A DNA stretch of 64,000 nt from Chrysomallon squamiferum. Its lineage: Eukaryota; Animalia; Mollusca. The position numbers and the translations under genes are program-made. Of this stretch, positions 26,319 through 38,456 are shown piece after piece. Positions within the stretch are counted from its first letter, which is position 1. The number at the start of each line of letters is the position of its first letter. A model generated the notes under the pieces. That model did no database searches. It saw only the letters and a program-made list of their open reading frames with translations, and was not told the origin of the DNA. The DNA is taken from positions 5,084,001 through 5,148,000 of the forward strand of contig CM022665.1 in the NCBI GenBank assembly GCA_012295275.1, given 5' to 3'.

Positions 26319-28972
26319 CTTAGATGCTGTTGAATGTTTAATCCCAGGGAACATTTTTATTTCTGGCAGTCAAGACAGTGAAATGTTTAATTTCAAATGT
26401 TCTGATGTTTTTGTTTTTGTTCTTTTAAACAACTAATCAGGAAGATGGTCATAACAATTATGATTTTCTTTCCAAGCTTAGAAAACAACTGCTTATTTGT
26501 TTAATTCTGATGTAGTCCCAGGGTCACAAATGTAGATGTTTTATTATTATCATTATCATCATTATTATTTATTTATTTAGTTAGTTAGTTAGTTAGTTAG
26601 TTATTTTATTTCTGATTTAATAGTCAAATCACTTTCACTCAGATAATTAAGGCGATGAGACTATACAGCCAGTAAAAGTTACTTAATACTTCCAGGCAAC
26701 CCAGGCAACTGAATTAGACTGTCTAATTCCACTGCAGTATGGAACAAGCAAACTAGTACTTGTAGGAGATCCTGAACAGTTGCCACCAACTGTCATTTCC
26801 CAGGTGAAATCACTGAAATCTTACAAACATGTACAAAAATATATACTGTTTAACTATATTGTCAGTAAACCTGTTTTTTTTACGTTTTTGTGTGTACATA
26901 AACATGGACCCCTGAAACAAAATTTGAGGAAACTTTTAAAATAAAATTAGCTGGTGTGAAAAATGCTCCTAATATCAGTAGTTTGTTTATTTTGATTTAT
27001 GACAGTATTCTCATAAATGACTCTGAATAAAAGTAAATGCTTAAATACTGCTGTCAGGTCAAAACTGTTATGTGAAATGACACTTCTATCTATGTCAGTT
27101 ACTTGTAAATAATGATCATTCCAGCACATTGTTTGAAAATGTTTGACCTTATTTCCCCAAGAAACAATCGTCTGTAATAACAGAACACAACATCTACTGA
27201 GTTAAGAAAAACTAGTTTTTATGGAAAAAGACAAATTTTAGGGATACAAAGCACTAGTTTGGTTGGCAGGGTGCTTACGCTGGTGCCTGTGAATATAAGC
27301 AATACAATAAATACAGTAAAATAATTAGTAATGTATTAAATAAACAGTTCACACACTTCCACATTGTCTCATTCATAAGCCTTTTAGCAATAGCCTTGCT
27401 GTTTACAGAAATAGTGTCTTGTTGTTGGGCAAAAAAGCCTTTACATACTGTTTCCACATCTTCAGGTCTTATATGGTCAAGACCTGGTTATTAATTAGTG
27501 TTACAGGTTTATCGGTTGTTATTTCATTTGGCACACATATTATTTGTTAATTTTTAAAGATAAAAACTTTAAATTACTAGAAGTATTAGCAGTAATTCTT
27601 TACTTAATGATGTTTCCTAACTTGTATTCACAGAAAGCTGAAAAGATGAAATTTGGCCAATCGTTGTTTGAAAGATTTCACAGCTACTTCATTCATGCAG
27701 ATGAGAATGCCGTCATGTTTCTGGATACTCAGTACAGGATGGATCCTGAAATTTTACACTTTCCAAACCAATATGTGTACCAAGGACTGCTCAGAACAGA
27801 CCAGTAAATGATAGTTTAAAATCATGCTTTTTATCTGGTTAAGATTTGTTTGGCTTGTTTAAAGTGTACCTTTGGTGATTTCAAGAAATTATCTAATTAT
27901 ATTCTCCATATTTTCAAGTTATATGATTTTTTTTTTTTTTTTTTTGTCTGTTGCTGTCCAATATTAATTAATAATGATATACAACAACAAAAGAAAAAAA
28001 TAATTAAAACTATTCGGGCACCCATTTTTATGTAATTAAGGATGATTTGCTGTAAAGAAACTTAGTATGTTCAGAGAAAATACAGCTGTTGGTCCACCAT
28101 ATAGGTTCACATTATGATTCCAGTTGTGAAGGAGTAAAAAAAGGTGGCATTCAAATTTATATTATTATTTTATTGTCACACTGTGTTACAAACAATAATG
28201 GATTATGCAAAACAGTAAAATAATCACTTGGAAATATAGAAATATTTTATAAGGCCATTACATCATACCACCACAGGTACACTTTAACACAATTAATTTT
28301 AATATTTACTTTGTGTGTGCCTATGTAAATGAGATTATATCTCATAAAATATTCAGGATGCTAGACATGTTTAATACTGAACACTTTTTACTTTGTTTTT
28401 TTCACTTTTTTTCACTTTTTTTCTAATTTTTTATCTCTGCTAAAGCTACAGGCAAGATAAATTTGTAACTGTGTATATTCTAGCTTGATAAATTGAAAAA
28501 TCAAAAATAACAGGAAATAATTCTAGATGATGAAAATACACTGAAATCAACATTTTACCTTTTTTGTGTCTACATTTTCTTAAATAAAGTTTTAAATCTT
28601 TTTCAGAAAAGGACAAGATCAAAGATATGCCTTTTCTGAACTGTGTCTATGAGTTTCATTTTTTGTTTTAATAACTAGTTTAAAATGTTTGAATTGCACA
28701 GTGAAAGGCTAAAATGTCAGCCTGTATATATCCCAACACAAATGTTTCATTCTATTACTATTCTTTATTAGTAGCAAATAATATTTTTCAATGACAGTTA
28801 AAACAGTAACTTGGAAACTGTATCAAAATTAAAATATAAAACATCTCAAACTAAAATTTCAGGTCAGTGATTGAGATGACTCAACACTTTCCTTTATGTC
28901 CATACCTTGTCTTTGACATGAAACTTGGCCAGGAAGAATGTTCTCAATATTCAGGGTAAGTATTATTGTTGC

Positions 28973-29005
<33 letters not shown>

Positions 29006-32000
29006 CATCATTGTCATAATCATCACTGTCATTGTTATCAGTATTATTATTAATGCTAATATTGTTATTATTATTCTATTGTTATTGTTATTGTTATCAT
29101 AATCATCATCAGTATTATTATTATTTATTATTATTACAAGAACTGTTCAGCTTAATCTGGACTGCATTTACAACCTTAAGATAGAAAACTAAAATGTAAA
29201 TTGATTTTATTTATAAGCTAATTTAATAACTATGGTCAAATATAACATACTTATTATATCAAGAATGTAATCTGAAATTTAATTTGTCTTCTTTGGGTTT
29301 TTTAAGTTCCCCCCACCCCTTTACATTCAGATGACAAGTTTACCTTATTTTTTATCTTAAATATATATATAATGATAATTATATTATAAAATATTAATAA
29401 TTAGAACATTCTAAAACAGATCAAAGAATAATCCATTGGAGGCAGAATTTACCACAGACCTGTGTAGGACAATAAAGAAAGCCAATTTAACAAGGTATCA
29501 GATTGGAATACTCTGCCCATACCAGAGCCAGAGAAAACTAATTGTGAATGGCTTGAAAAAGTGGTAAGTTCATATCCAGGCCTGGAGTTAAGTCTGAATT
29601 TTAGTTCTAACTTACTTCTTTATTCTGTTTTCAACAGGAGAATGATTTAATTAATTCCAAAACAAAAGTAAACCTATTAAATAATCAAAAGGTTTTGTTT
29701 GTTTGGGTTTTTGGTGGTGTTTTTTATAGTTAATAAAGATTACTTGTAGTTTATATATTAGGATTTGTTTTTTGTTTTTTTGTTTTTTGATTTGGGTGGA
29801 GAACAGTGACTGCTGGAAATTGCAGAGTAAACTGTAATATGGTATACAGTTGTGATTTAATTTTGCAGTACTGTAAGGATATTAGTTCAAATTCATGGCT
29901 TTGTTTTTGGCAGTATAGAATGCCAATTATAGAACATCTGATATAGAACTTTCATTTTTTGTCAGGAGGAGGCATTGAGAATTTGTTTAATTTTTGTAGT
30001 TATATCATTAACTTACCTTTGTTTGATACTCAATAGCTGAGGTGTCATTATACATTTATTCATTCATTTAAGAGGAAGCCAAAATTTCTTTTAGTTTGTG
30101 TCTATTTGTGTTTGATGGCATTTACTGCACTATTGGAATTTTTTAATGGTTTTTCTCTTTTTATTCATTTTTTTTCTTCTTTTTCTTAGTTTTTGTCATT
30201 AACTGTTTTTTCTTCATAATCTCTTTATTTTATAGCTGGAAAGCATTCACTACAGTTTGGAATAAATACTGAAATATTTATTCTTTTGTGAAATGTTATT
30301 GATTTGCAGTGGGCTGGACAGTATTGAAGTTGATACTGTTGATGGATTCCAGGGTAGAGAAAAAGACATCATCATCATGTCTTGTGTACGAGCCAGGAGT
30401 ACATCAGGTGGAATTGGGTAAGTACGAAATTTATTATCCACGTTGATATGTTATTCATATTAATGTATGAATATTTGTTTAAAAGCATCACCTTAAATCA
30501 TTTAACTATCAACTGTAACATGTCAGATTATTGTATTATGATACGAGATGCACTCCATAGACAGTCTCCATGCAAGAGCCTCATGGATTCTCATTATTAT
30601 AGTAACAAAGGTATATGTTACAGGCATTTTTTCGTAGCCAATAATGCATGTTACCATTAATAAATCAGGCACCAGAAGTGACAGGGTGTCACTGAGAACT
30701 GATCCTGTGATGTTTCATGTCTCAGATCAGCACTTTACTTAACTTACCATTCCATCAGTATTGTTTCAGCATCATGATATTATCATATACAGTATTCCCT
30801 CACTATTCGTGGGGGTTACGTTCTTTAAACACCCGCGAATAGCGAAAAACCGCGAATATTGGATGCAGTTTTAAAACGTCTATTATGAGATTATATACGG
30901 TACTAAATGCTTCCCAAACACTTTCTAAAGACACTCTTACTCATTACTACAGTAATAATGTAGTAATATTGCATGCAGTTATGTATTTCACTAATGTAGT
31001 AATGATAATGTAAACACATTTTAATTTTGTACTGAAACAATATTTTAATCAGAAAGAAACGTAAGTACAGGAGGACAGTAACACCGCATAGCATAGTTAC
31101 CCATACTGTATTACTGTACCGTAAAGTCATTTTCTATGCGTATTAGAATACATTCAGGTAATAATAATACAATTCAGTAATAATATACAGTCAGCCAATA
31201 GCAGCCCAGCCATTGTTCGATGAAGACGTCAATCGATAAAAGCTGCTCGAGAGAGTAAATACAGACATACCCTCGAAAAGTCTCTATGACCTACAAAAAC
31301 CCGGTTTACCAAACATTTGTTTTTATGACATTATGACGCTAGCCTGGTATACCAGCACACGATGTGATCGGGTTAAGAGCCTAACCCGCGAATATGCGGG
31401 GCCGCGAATGGGGAACCGCGAACAGGTGAGGGTATACTGTACGTTGTTTATGTACATTTTATCATTTGTTAAGAATGGTTGTATGTGTGTATGAGCAGGC
31501 TTTTGTATGGGTGTTTGTTTGAATTTTCTTTTTGTATATATTTTGTTGTTTTTTTAACAGATTTCTTGCTGATCATCGCCGAATGAATGTTGCAATGACG
31601 AGAGCTAGATATGCATTTTTTATTGTTGCTCATCTTGATTCATTGCAGGTAAAAATCAATTTAATTACTATTAAAACACATGATTTTAGACATCATTAAA
31701 CATTCCAACATCTTTGTAATTACCTGAAAATAATAACTGATATATTTACTATGATCTTCAGTAAATGGTTATATCTCTTTGATTTAAACTGGACTAAAGA
31801 AAAACAAAAATTAATGTAATTTGTTGCTTTTTCACAGAAAGAGTAAAATTAGATTTTTGGAAATACTCTTTAATCTTAACATATTATTTATTTATTTATT
31901 TATTATTTTTAATTTAGGCTGGAGACAACTGGAAATCAATGATAAATGATGCCAGAAAAAGAAACTTAATTATAGAAGTTACAGCCATTGGTGATTTCCC

Positions 32001-32049
32001 AAAAGCAACAAAACAGTGTTTTAAATCACAAAGGAAATATCGATACTAG
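9787..32049 (+). CDS. SETX: Senataxin/Sen1-like superfamily-1 (Upf1-like) RNA/DNA helicase, ~2517 aa, 21 coding exons
   Basis: Hand-built exons: 9787-13714, 14287-15470, 15991-16144, 17586-17725, 18845-18953, 19513-19722, 20405-20502, 21122-21268, 21720-21872, 22567-22666, 23578-23685, 24544-24671, 24986-25069, 25901-26068, 26696-26803, 27634-27803, 28863-28955, 29420-29563, 30310-30417, 31561-31648, 31918-32049. All are GT-AG and phase-consistent, totalling 7554 nt. Motifs: FNSSQ, LQGPPGTGKT, TPSNAAADEL, LVRIG, IIIDEATQATE, LVGDPEQLPPTV, QSLFERF, LDTQYRM, ILCPYQSQ, DTVDGFQGREKD, GFLADHRRMNVAMTRAR. The symbol is a family-level call; orthologue versus paralogue is untested. Confidence 0.85.
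12904..13210 (+). repeat. In-frame coding tandem duplication, 153 + 150 bp (51/50 aa)
   Basis: TTDIFDAETQIDKVSDGHNFPNQYIYTNHIPANNDKNSKLLDDKNMDVYDE is repeated; units start at 12904 and 13057. Confidence 0.95.
14287..15470 (+). CDS. Second large coding exon of the senataxin-like gene (Ser/Lys/His-rich low complexity)
   Basis: ORF 14277-15506; acceptor TGCAG| at 14286 and donor AAG|GTAATT at 15470. Confidence 0.85.
15725..15960. repeat. Degenerate intronic tandem repeat, ~86 bp x3
   Basis: ATAGTGATTCA..GCA..AAAA..TTATTT..AAATATGT recurs at ~15731, ~15817 and ~15903. Confidence 0.7.
17147..17425. mobile_element. Short MITE related to the MULE-like element at 5237-5880
   Basis: Same ends (CTAGGAAAAAAAAGTCAC / CTGTGACT..TGTGACCTTTTTTCC) and shared internal blocks GAAATTCTGCCA, ATGCCACATTC and CAAACYCATACATTTTG. 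Confidence 0.65.
25301..25606. mobile_element. Old Tc1/mariner-pogo (Tigger-like) MITE
   Basis: Begins TA|CAGG..ATCCTTAATCGAAAAT and ends ATTTCAGTTAAGGGATTCAACTG (inverted ends). The interior resembles the Tigger4a/Zombi consensus as recalled. Confidence 0.65.
30790..31439. mobile_element. Tc1/mariner-pogo family MITE with TA target-site duplication
   Basis: TA|CAGTATTCCCTCAC ... GTGAGGGTATACTG|TA, with subterminal CCGCGAAT repeats at both ends. Confidence 0.88.
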
Positions 32050-35000
32050 GTATTGTGTTAAAAAAAAAATCCTGATTATAATATAAATAATTTTAATAAT
32101 GATGTTGTAGGGCAAAACCAGTTGTTAATATCTAATATGAATGTTTGCATTATGTCAGTAGGTAAAAACAATCTTCAGACTGAGAAACATTAAAAATTCT
32201 GTAAATATTGCCCTTCAGATACAGTGTTCCTTATACAGGTGAGAAGAGTGTGAATGAAACTAGAATGAGAGCAAGACAAAAATTACCCAAAACTGAAGTA
32301 AATTTAGTTGCATTAGTAAATTTTGTGATAAAAGCTCTATGCATGTAAAACTGAAATAATCTAAGATGTACAGAAAGACATATGCCTGTTTTGTTTCAGT
32401 TTCATAATTCATTATACTTAAACCAAAAGTTTCAGTTATAAGAATCAATATTCTACATCACACTTTGGGTTATAATTTCAATTTTCACATACAGATATAT
32501 AGCAATGATGGTATTTTGATGGCACTTATGGCACAATAAGATTTAAATACTTCTGTTCTCATAATAAAAGACTTACACACAGTTTGATTAAACGTCTTTT
32601 CATTTTAATAAATATAAATTTCTTTTCCAGATTGTGAATATTCACTGCAAGCACAAAGCAGATGACAAGTGAAACAAACAAAATCTACTTTTGGAGAATC
32701 ATTTTATTCTGAACAAATTTTCACATAATATTTACTTTCCAGCATCACTGCAAAAGACACACTGTTTTTACTTACTCCTGTATTTGGTGAAATACATGTA
32801 CTACTTTTGACTAATTGACAGTTGTAATACAAGTCATCAACAAGTCAGTAGAAGAAAATGCTATATATGTTTTCATTTTGAAACTGATTCAGCAAGAAAA
32901 AATTAATATATTTTCACTTTCACACCTGCACCTGCAGAAACAATGAACATAAAACCAATTTTATCAGATACACAAATATATACATTTCCACAGCCATATC
33001 CACACACATATATATATATATACACGCACATATAATCCATCCATTCACAAAGAAGGACATTGAAACATACTGATTATATATTATAATCAGATACATGGTT
33101 TGATGTTATAACATTTGTTTAACTGTTTAACTTTATTATGACAATATATTTCACTGAACAATTCTAGATTAACATAGTTAAGCTTTCAGTAAATATTTAT
33201 CCAGATGAAGTAAAGTAGTTTTTAGATCAAGCATCTTATTTAAAAAAAACCAAATATATATATATATATTTTAATGATTTAACCGGTGGATACATTTCAT
33301 AATAAGGAGGCAGCATTATACAGTGGATTTAACCGTCATATAAAATTTTGATTTGTAAATTATTGTTGTTCAGCAAAAAATATGCAGACAGCACAATTCT
33401 AAACTTAGAATTTCAAAAATGATGCCAGAAACAATTTATGCTTTATCTCTGTCTTTTGTAACCATATGTTCAGTCAATCTGTATTCAGCGCAATATGTAG
33501 CTGAATGGTCATAAATGACGAAAAGATTCATCATTCAATTTTCATATATTATTATATACTTCACATTCATATGTTTCTCATCTTTTTTCATATTCCTTTT
33601 ATTTATTTATTAAATATTTGTATGACATTGTTTTTTTAATTTTATTTTTAATAAATGAAGAAAAAATAAAAGAAAAATATTTTTGGATCTTCTCATTTTG
33701 TATGTGAAATCTGTTTATAATTAATTTTCATACAGTGTAATATGCAGACGTCTTTTAGTACATATTACTTTAAAAAAAAAAATAAAATAAAAAAGATTAG
33801 ACTTGGACTTGTTTGAACAGTTGTAAATCTTTTTAATAAGTAATGACACGTATATACATTCTTCAGCATGGAAAAGAGTATTTCTAAAGTACTGGCTCTT
33901 AGCTTGTTACAACTAGTATATTTTACAAAATTTGATGACTTCTGGTGACTTCCAACTAAATATACCACCATTTTTTTCATTTTTAAATTAGTAAAGAGTT
34001 TGTAATTTTTAAAGATTTTGTTTGTAACATAAAAGAATATACAAATGGTAAAGTTTCAACCCATTTATAATTTATTTTCCATTCAGTGGGAAATCCATTT
34101 CATAATATATTAAAAACAGTTTATTAAAGTTTTTGTATTCTGGATGTACTATTTTCATTTTAACAAATAAATATTTGTTGAAATGGTTAAAAAAATAAAA
34201 TAAAATAAAATAAAATAAATTATAATAATAATAGTTTTAACTAAATTAATTTTGAATCAGATATTGATATGTTTTTTTATTATTATTATTATTATTATTT
34301 TATTATAATTTTTATTTGATATGGAGTCTGTTAGTGTTGTCATTTTTTTTTTTTTTATTATTATTTAATTGTTATTCTTACTATTTTTTACAATAAAATA
34401 CTGAGTAAACATTCATTTTAGATTTTCATTTATTTAGATTTAAATTGTAATTATTTAAAAATATCAAAAATGTTGCACAGTCATTAACAAGGAAAAGATT
34501 TTCCAAAATGAACTTCATTTAAATGTTTTATGCTGTTCAGTACTGTGAATCAGAATTTGTTGAATTAATAATTTATTAATTAATAGTTCAAAACAAGAAC
34601 AAAACTACATATATCTCATAAATAGTAATTTTTAAATTTACCTAAAAAGAAAATATTTATGTTTATGATTGGCATTTTACAATCACTTTTTTAGATATAA
34701 TTTTCTATTATGTTTACAGGACATACTGGATATTTTTCTCTTTTTTTTTTTTTTTTTTTTAGTGATTCATTTTGACTAGTACTAAAATTTTCATTTTCAA
34801 ACTGTATTGTCTGTCACATTATTAAATTATTTGCTGGATGCCTTTCTTTATTTTCTTTTTTTCATGTTTTATTTAAAATTATATTATTGTTATATTGTTA
34901 GCAATAGTATAATAAAACTGATGGAAAAAGTCATTATAATTTATTTTTATAATAAGCCTAGTATAATGATTATGTTAATGTATCCAGCAGATTTAAGTAC

Positions 35001-35057
35001 CACTGATTCAACAATCAGGTTTATCTGTTTTTCTTTTTTTTCATACTTGTTTACACA

Positions 35058-35059
<2 letters not shown>

Positions 35060-35091
<32 letters not shown>

Positions 35092-35102
35092 TATTATTAT
35101 TA

Positions 35103-35150
<48 letters not shown>
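35060..35150. repeat. Compound (AAT)n-(TAT)n microsatellite
   Basis: Directly visible. Confidence 0.9.
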
Positions 35151-35152
<2 letters not shown>

Positions 35153-35236
35153 TGTTTACAAAAAGAATATTGTTGTATTCTCTCAAACTTAAATTTAGTT
35201 AATGAATTTCACTCTGACAAAACATTGCTTTCATTG

Positions 35237-35524
35237 TTAACCCTTTGAATCCAAGGCAGCCATACAAATGTGCATCTCCATTCCATTAGTACACAGGCAA
35301 AATTACCAAAAGTATTTGCATTATCCATTTTTGGTCTCAAGAATAAAATGAATATGCTATATAAAAATGTTTTACAGCTGTTTTATACAAAAGTTGTGTT
35401 AATTTGTGAGAAGAATTTTTTTTAAGTAAAAACCAATTTTTTTAGTTATTATTTTGGTTTTTTGGGGTCTTTTTTTTTTTTGGGGGGGGGGGTTGTTAAT
35501 ATTTTAACTGCCAAAAAGGTTTAA
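35237..35524. mobile_element. Possible decayed TTAA-specific (piggyBac-like) MITE
   Basis: TTAA|CCCTTTG at the left end and CAAAAAGGT|TTAA at the right end; weak. Confidence 0.3.
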
Positions 35525-36474
35525 AAGGTTGAATGACATGTGGAGATATTTGTTTTTTGAAGTACCATTTATATTAAATGTGTTCATCAGTTGTGTTATT
35601 ATGACTGAAAATTTTGTTACAATAAATAAGTTTTATTAAAGCTGCGTTATTTTCTTTTGTTTGATGAAAACAAAGCACGACCATTTGGAATTGGTACACC
35701 ATAGATGAAAATATGTTCAGTTTGTTTTAAGGTACATTCTCACTTTTCAAGAGATTGCACTGACTTGTCAGTGCAGTTGAATTATGCTGGAAGAACATTT
35801 AGAATCGGTTTCAAATAATTCGTTGACAACATCAAGAGCTTTCTTCCACATCCATTTTCAAAAGACAAAATAATTTATTAATTATAGTAATTAACTTGGT
35901 AATAGTAAAACATAACCTTAAAGTATTAGATAACTAACAGGTACATTAAATGTTAAACCTGCCGAAAATAGATTGAAAATATTTTCAAATTAAACATAAT
36001 TATATTTCAGTTAGAAATAAAAAGACATGGAGAGGCCGTTTACAAATTTTACTATTGACTTAATCAGAACTGTATGAAAGCTTAATAAGAAAAAACAATA
36101 TTTTTTAGTATAATAATAAGGGACAGGAAGCCTGTTGTCAGTATTACAGATTAATAAATGAGGACTTTTTTCACTCATTTTCCTTAAGCAAACCAATACC
36201 AGTGCTCTTAATAAACAGTGTGGACCACCAGCTTGAATGGGAAATCACAGAGTAAGAATACTACAGAGGATTAATCCTGTCCACCCATTATGTCTTCCTT
36301 AGAGACCATTGAAAAAGGAAATGAAACAATCTACAATTTAAAATTGAATGTATTATAGGTTCAAAGCAGCTATGAAATGAGGAAAATGAAGTGGCATTAA
36401 AACATATTTAAAACACTTATATATATATATATATATATATAAAATCAATACTGGGTTTGAATGTGTAAATAATA

Positions 36475-36505
<31 letters not shown>

Positions 36506-36907
36506 TAAAAGTAATTATATAATTATTTAAAAGAAATCTTAAAAAAAAAAGTACTATCATGCCTAGGACAAAAACAGATGTTTCATGTAGGTAGGTTTTA
36601 TTTAACCAAACAGAATTAGAAGAAATGCAGTTTTGTTAAAGTTAAATATGCAAACATAAATAAAGAGACTGTATTAAATAGTGTGATGCAGTAACTATGA
36701 ACCCTTGCATAAAGGTGACAGAATAGCCCTGTTGAAAAAATAACACTATAGCATCAACGATATTCAAGGTCGAAACACGACCATATGTGTCTACTGAAAT
36801 CACTATCCTTTTGGATGAAACTTCTGGGTGAGACTTTTAGTCCGCAAAGCTACTGATTATTATTATTATTGTTATTTCTGTTGTTGTTGTTACAAATATA
36901 TACTATT

Positions 36908-36970
36908 TAATGCTGGAGCGAAAATCGCTTTGGGTAATACGTTAACTGTTAGGGTGGTGCTCCAGCATTA
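36908..36970. promoter_or_regulatory. Perfect 12-bp inverted repeat in the ZC3H14 proximal promoter/5' leader
   Basis: TAATGCTGGAGC (36908-36919) and GCTCCAGCATTA (36959-36970), ending 96 nt upstream of the ATG in a CpG-containing region. Confidence 0.55.
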
Positions 36971-37065
36971 GGAGGAAACACATCAAAAACATATTATGGT
37001 GGCCAAACGTCGTTGGTTCTGGTAAAAGTTGTTTTAACATGGTTTTGTAAAGTCAAAATTGCAAA

Positions 37066-37490
37066 ATGGAAATGGGCTCGGAAATAAGTAGTAAGATTCG
37101 GGTAAGATCTCGGTTAAATGTTAAAGTAAATTTAGCCAGTAAACAAATGAAATATTGGTACGTTTTTAAACCACTGTCATAATATAATTATCAAAATTTG
37201 ATTCAAATTGAAGTTACCGGCCTTCGTGCAAATTGTTCCATTATACGAGCATTTTCACGAGAGAAAACATTCAGTATAAAATTTAACTATTTACTTCTTA
37301 GATACTTCCATCGTTAGTTAGTTCATTGTTTCATAAATTATTATTATTAATATTATGAATTTTTATTACTATTAACATTATTATGTTATATTGGTGTCAT
37401 TCACCCTTAATTCATTAGATTCCCGTATCAATAATATGGCATATGAAATTGGTTTTTATTGTTATTTTTATTTTTATATATTTATTTATT

Positions 37491-37576
<86 letters not shown>

Positions 37577-38424
37577 GTGTGTAATTTTCATTTTACACTC
37601 CCAGTAAATATTTTCATTTAGAAGTTTAAGATGTGACTGAGTTCTTTCATCAAGATAAACACTCATTGGTTACGTGAACTGTCCTCTGCACAGATTTTTG
37701 TTTATTATTCAGAAATGCCACAAAGTAATAAACTTTTGAATATCTTTGGATTCAGAAGACACAATCAAGATAATATGTATATATATAGTAAATACACTAT
37801 CTTTATTTGCTGACAAACAGATTCAGTTTCATTGTCAATGCTGCCATGTCCCACTTCTTATTAAAAGCAATAAAATAATTGATTTTTGTTTATTCAGCAT
37901 GATAAAGTAAAAATATTGATATTTTTCAACCTTTAATATGATTTAATAATCTTTGGAAAAATTCCATATTCCTAGCGGCATTAAATGATTAATCATCTTG
38001 GTTTTTACTTTTTAGTCAGCCATCAAAGCAAAGTTGGTGGAACTTGGTGCATATGTTGGTAAGTCCATGTTATTATTACATAATCGTAAAACTATTTCTA
38101 TGTTTTTCAGTAAAATAATCTTGTTAAATATAAATAAATAGTATCAAAAAGTATTTTAACTATTTTCATCATGATTTGACTATAAAACCAAGCCACTGAA
38201 CAAAAAAAAAAAAAAAGAAAAAAGGAGGTTGACGAAAATTGAAATAATCATCATGACATTTCTTTTAGTTTCTGGAAAAAACGTATAGTTTTTAGTTTTA
38301 ATTTCTGTCATTAAGGATAAATTATCTAAGTATACTTAAATTGGATCAAGCAATCATGTTTTGGTAATAATGAAGTATGTCAGTAAAAAAGTTATTTCTG
38401 ATGAGAATGACTTATAATTAGTTT

Positions 38425-38456
<32 letters not shown>

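Noticed and set aside
34807-37621. ORFs rich in poly-Y/N or VY repeats (34807-35202, 37391-37621)
   Set aside because: They are translations of microsatellites.
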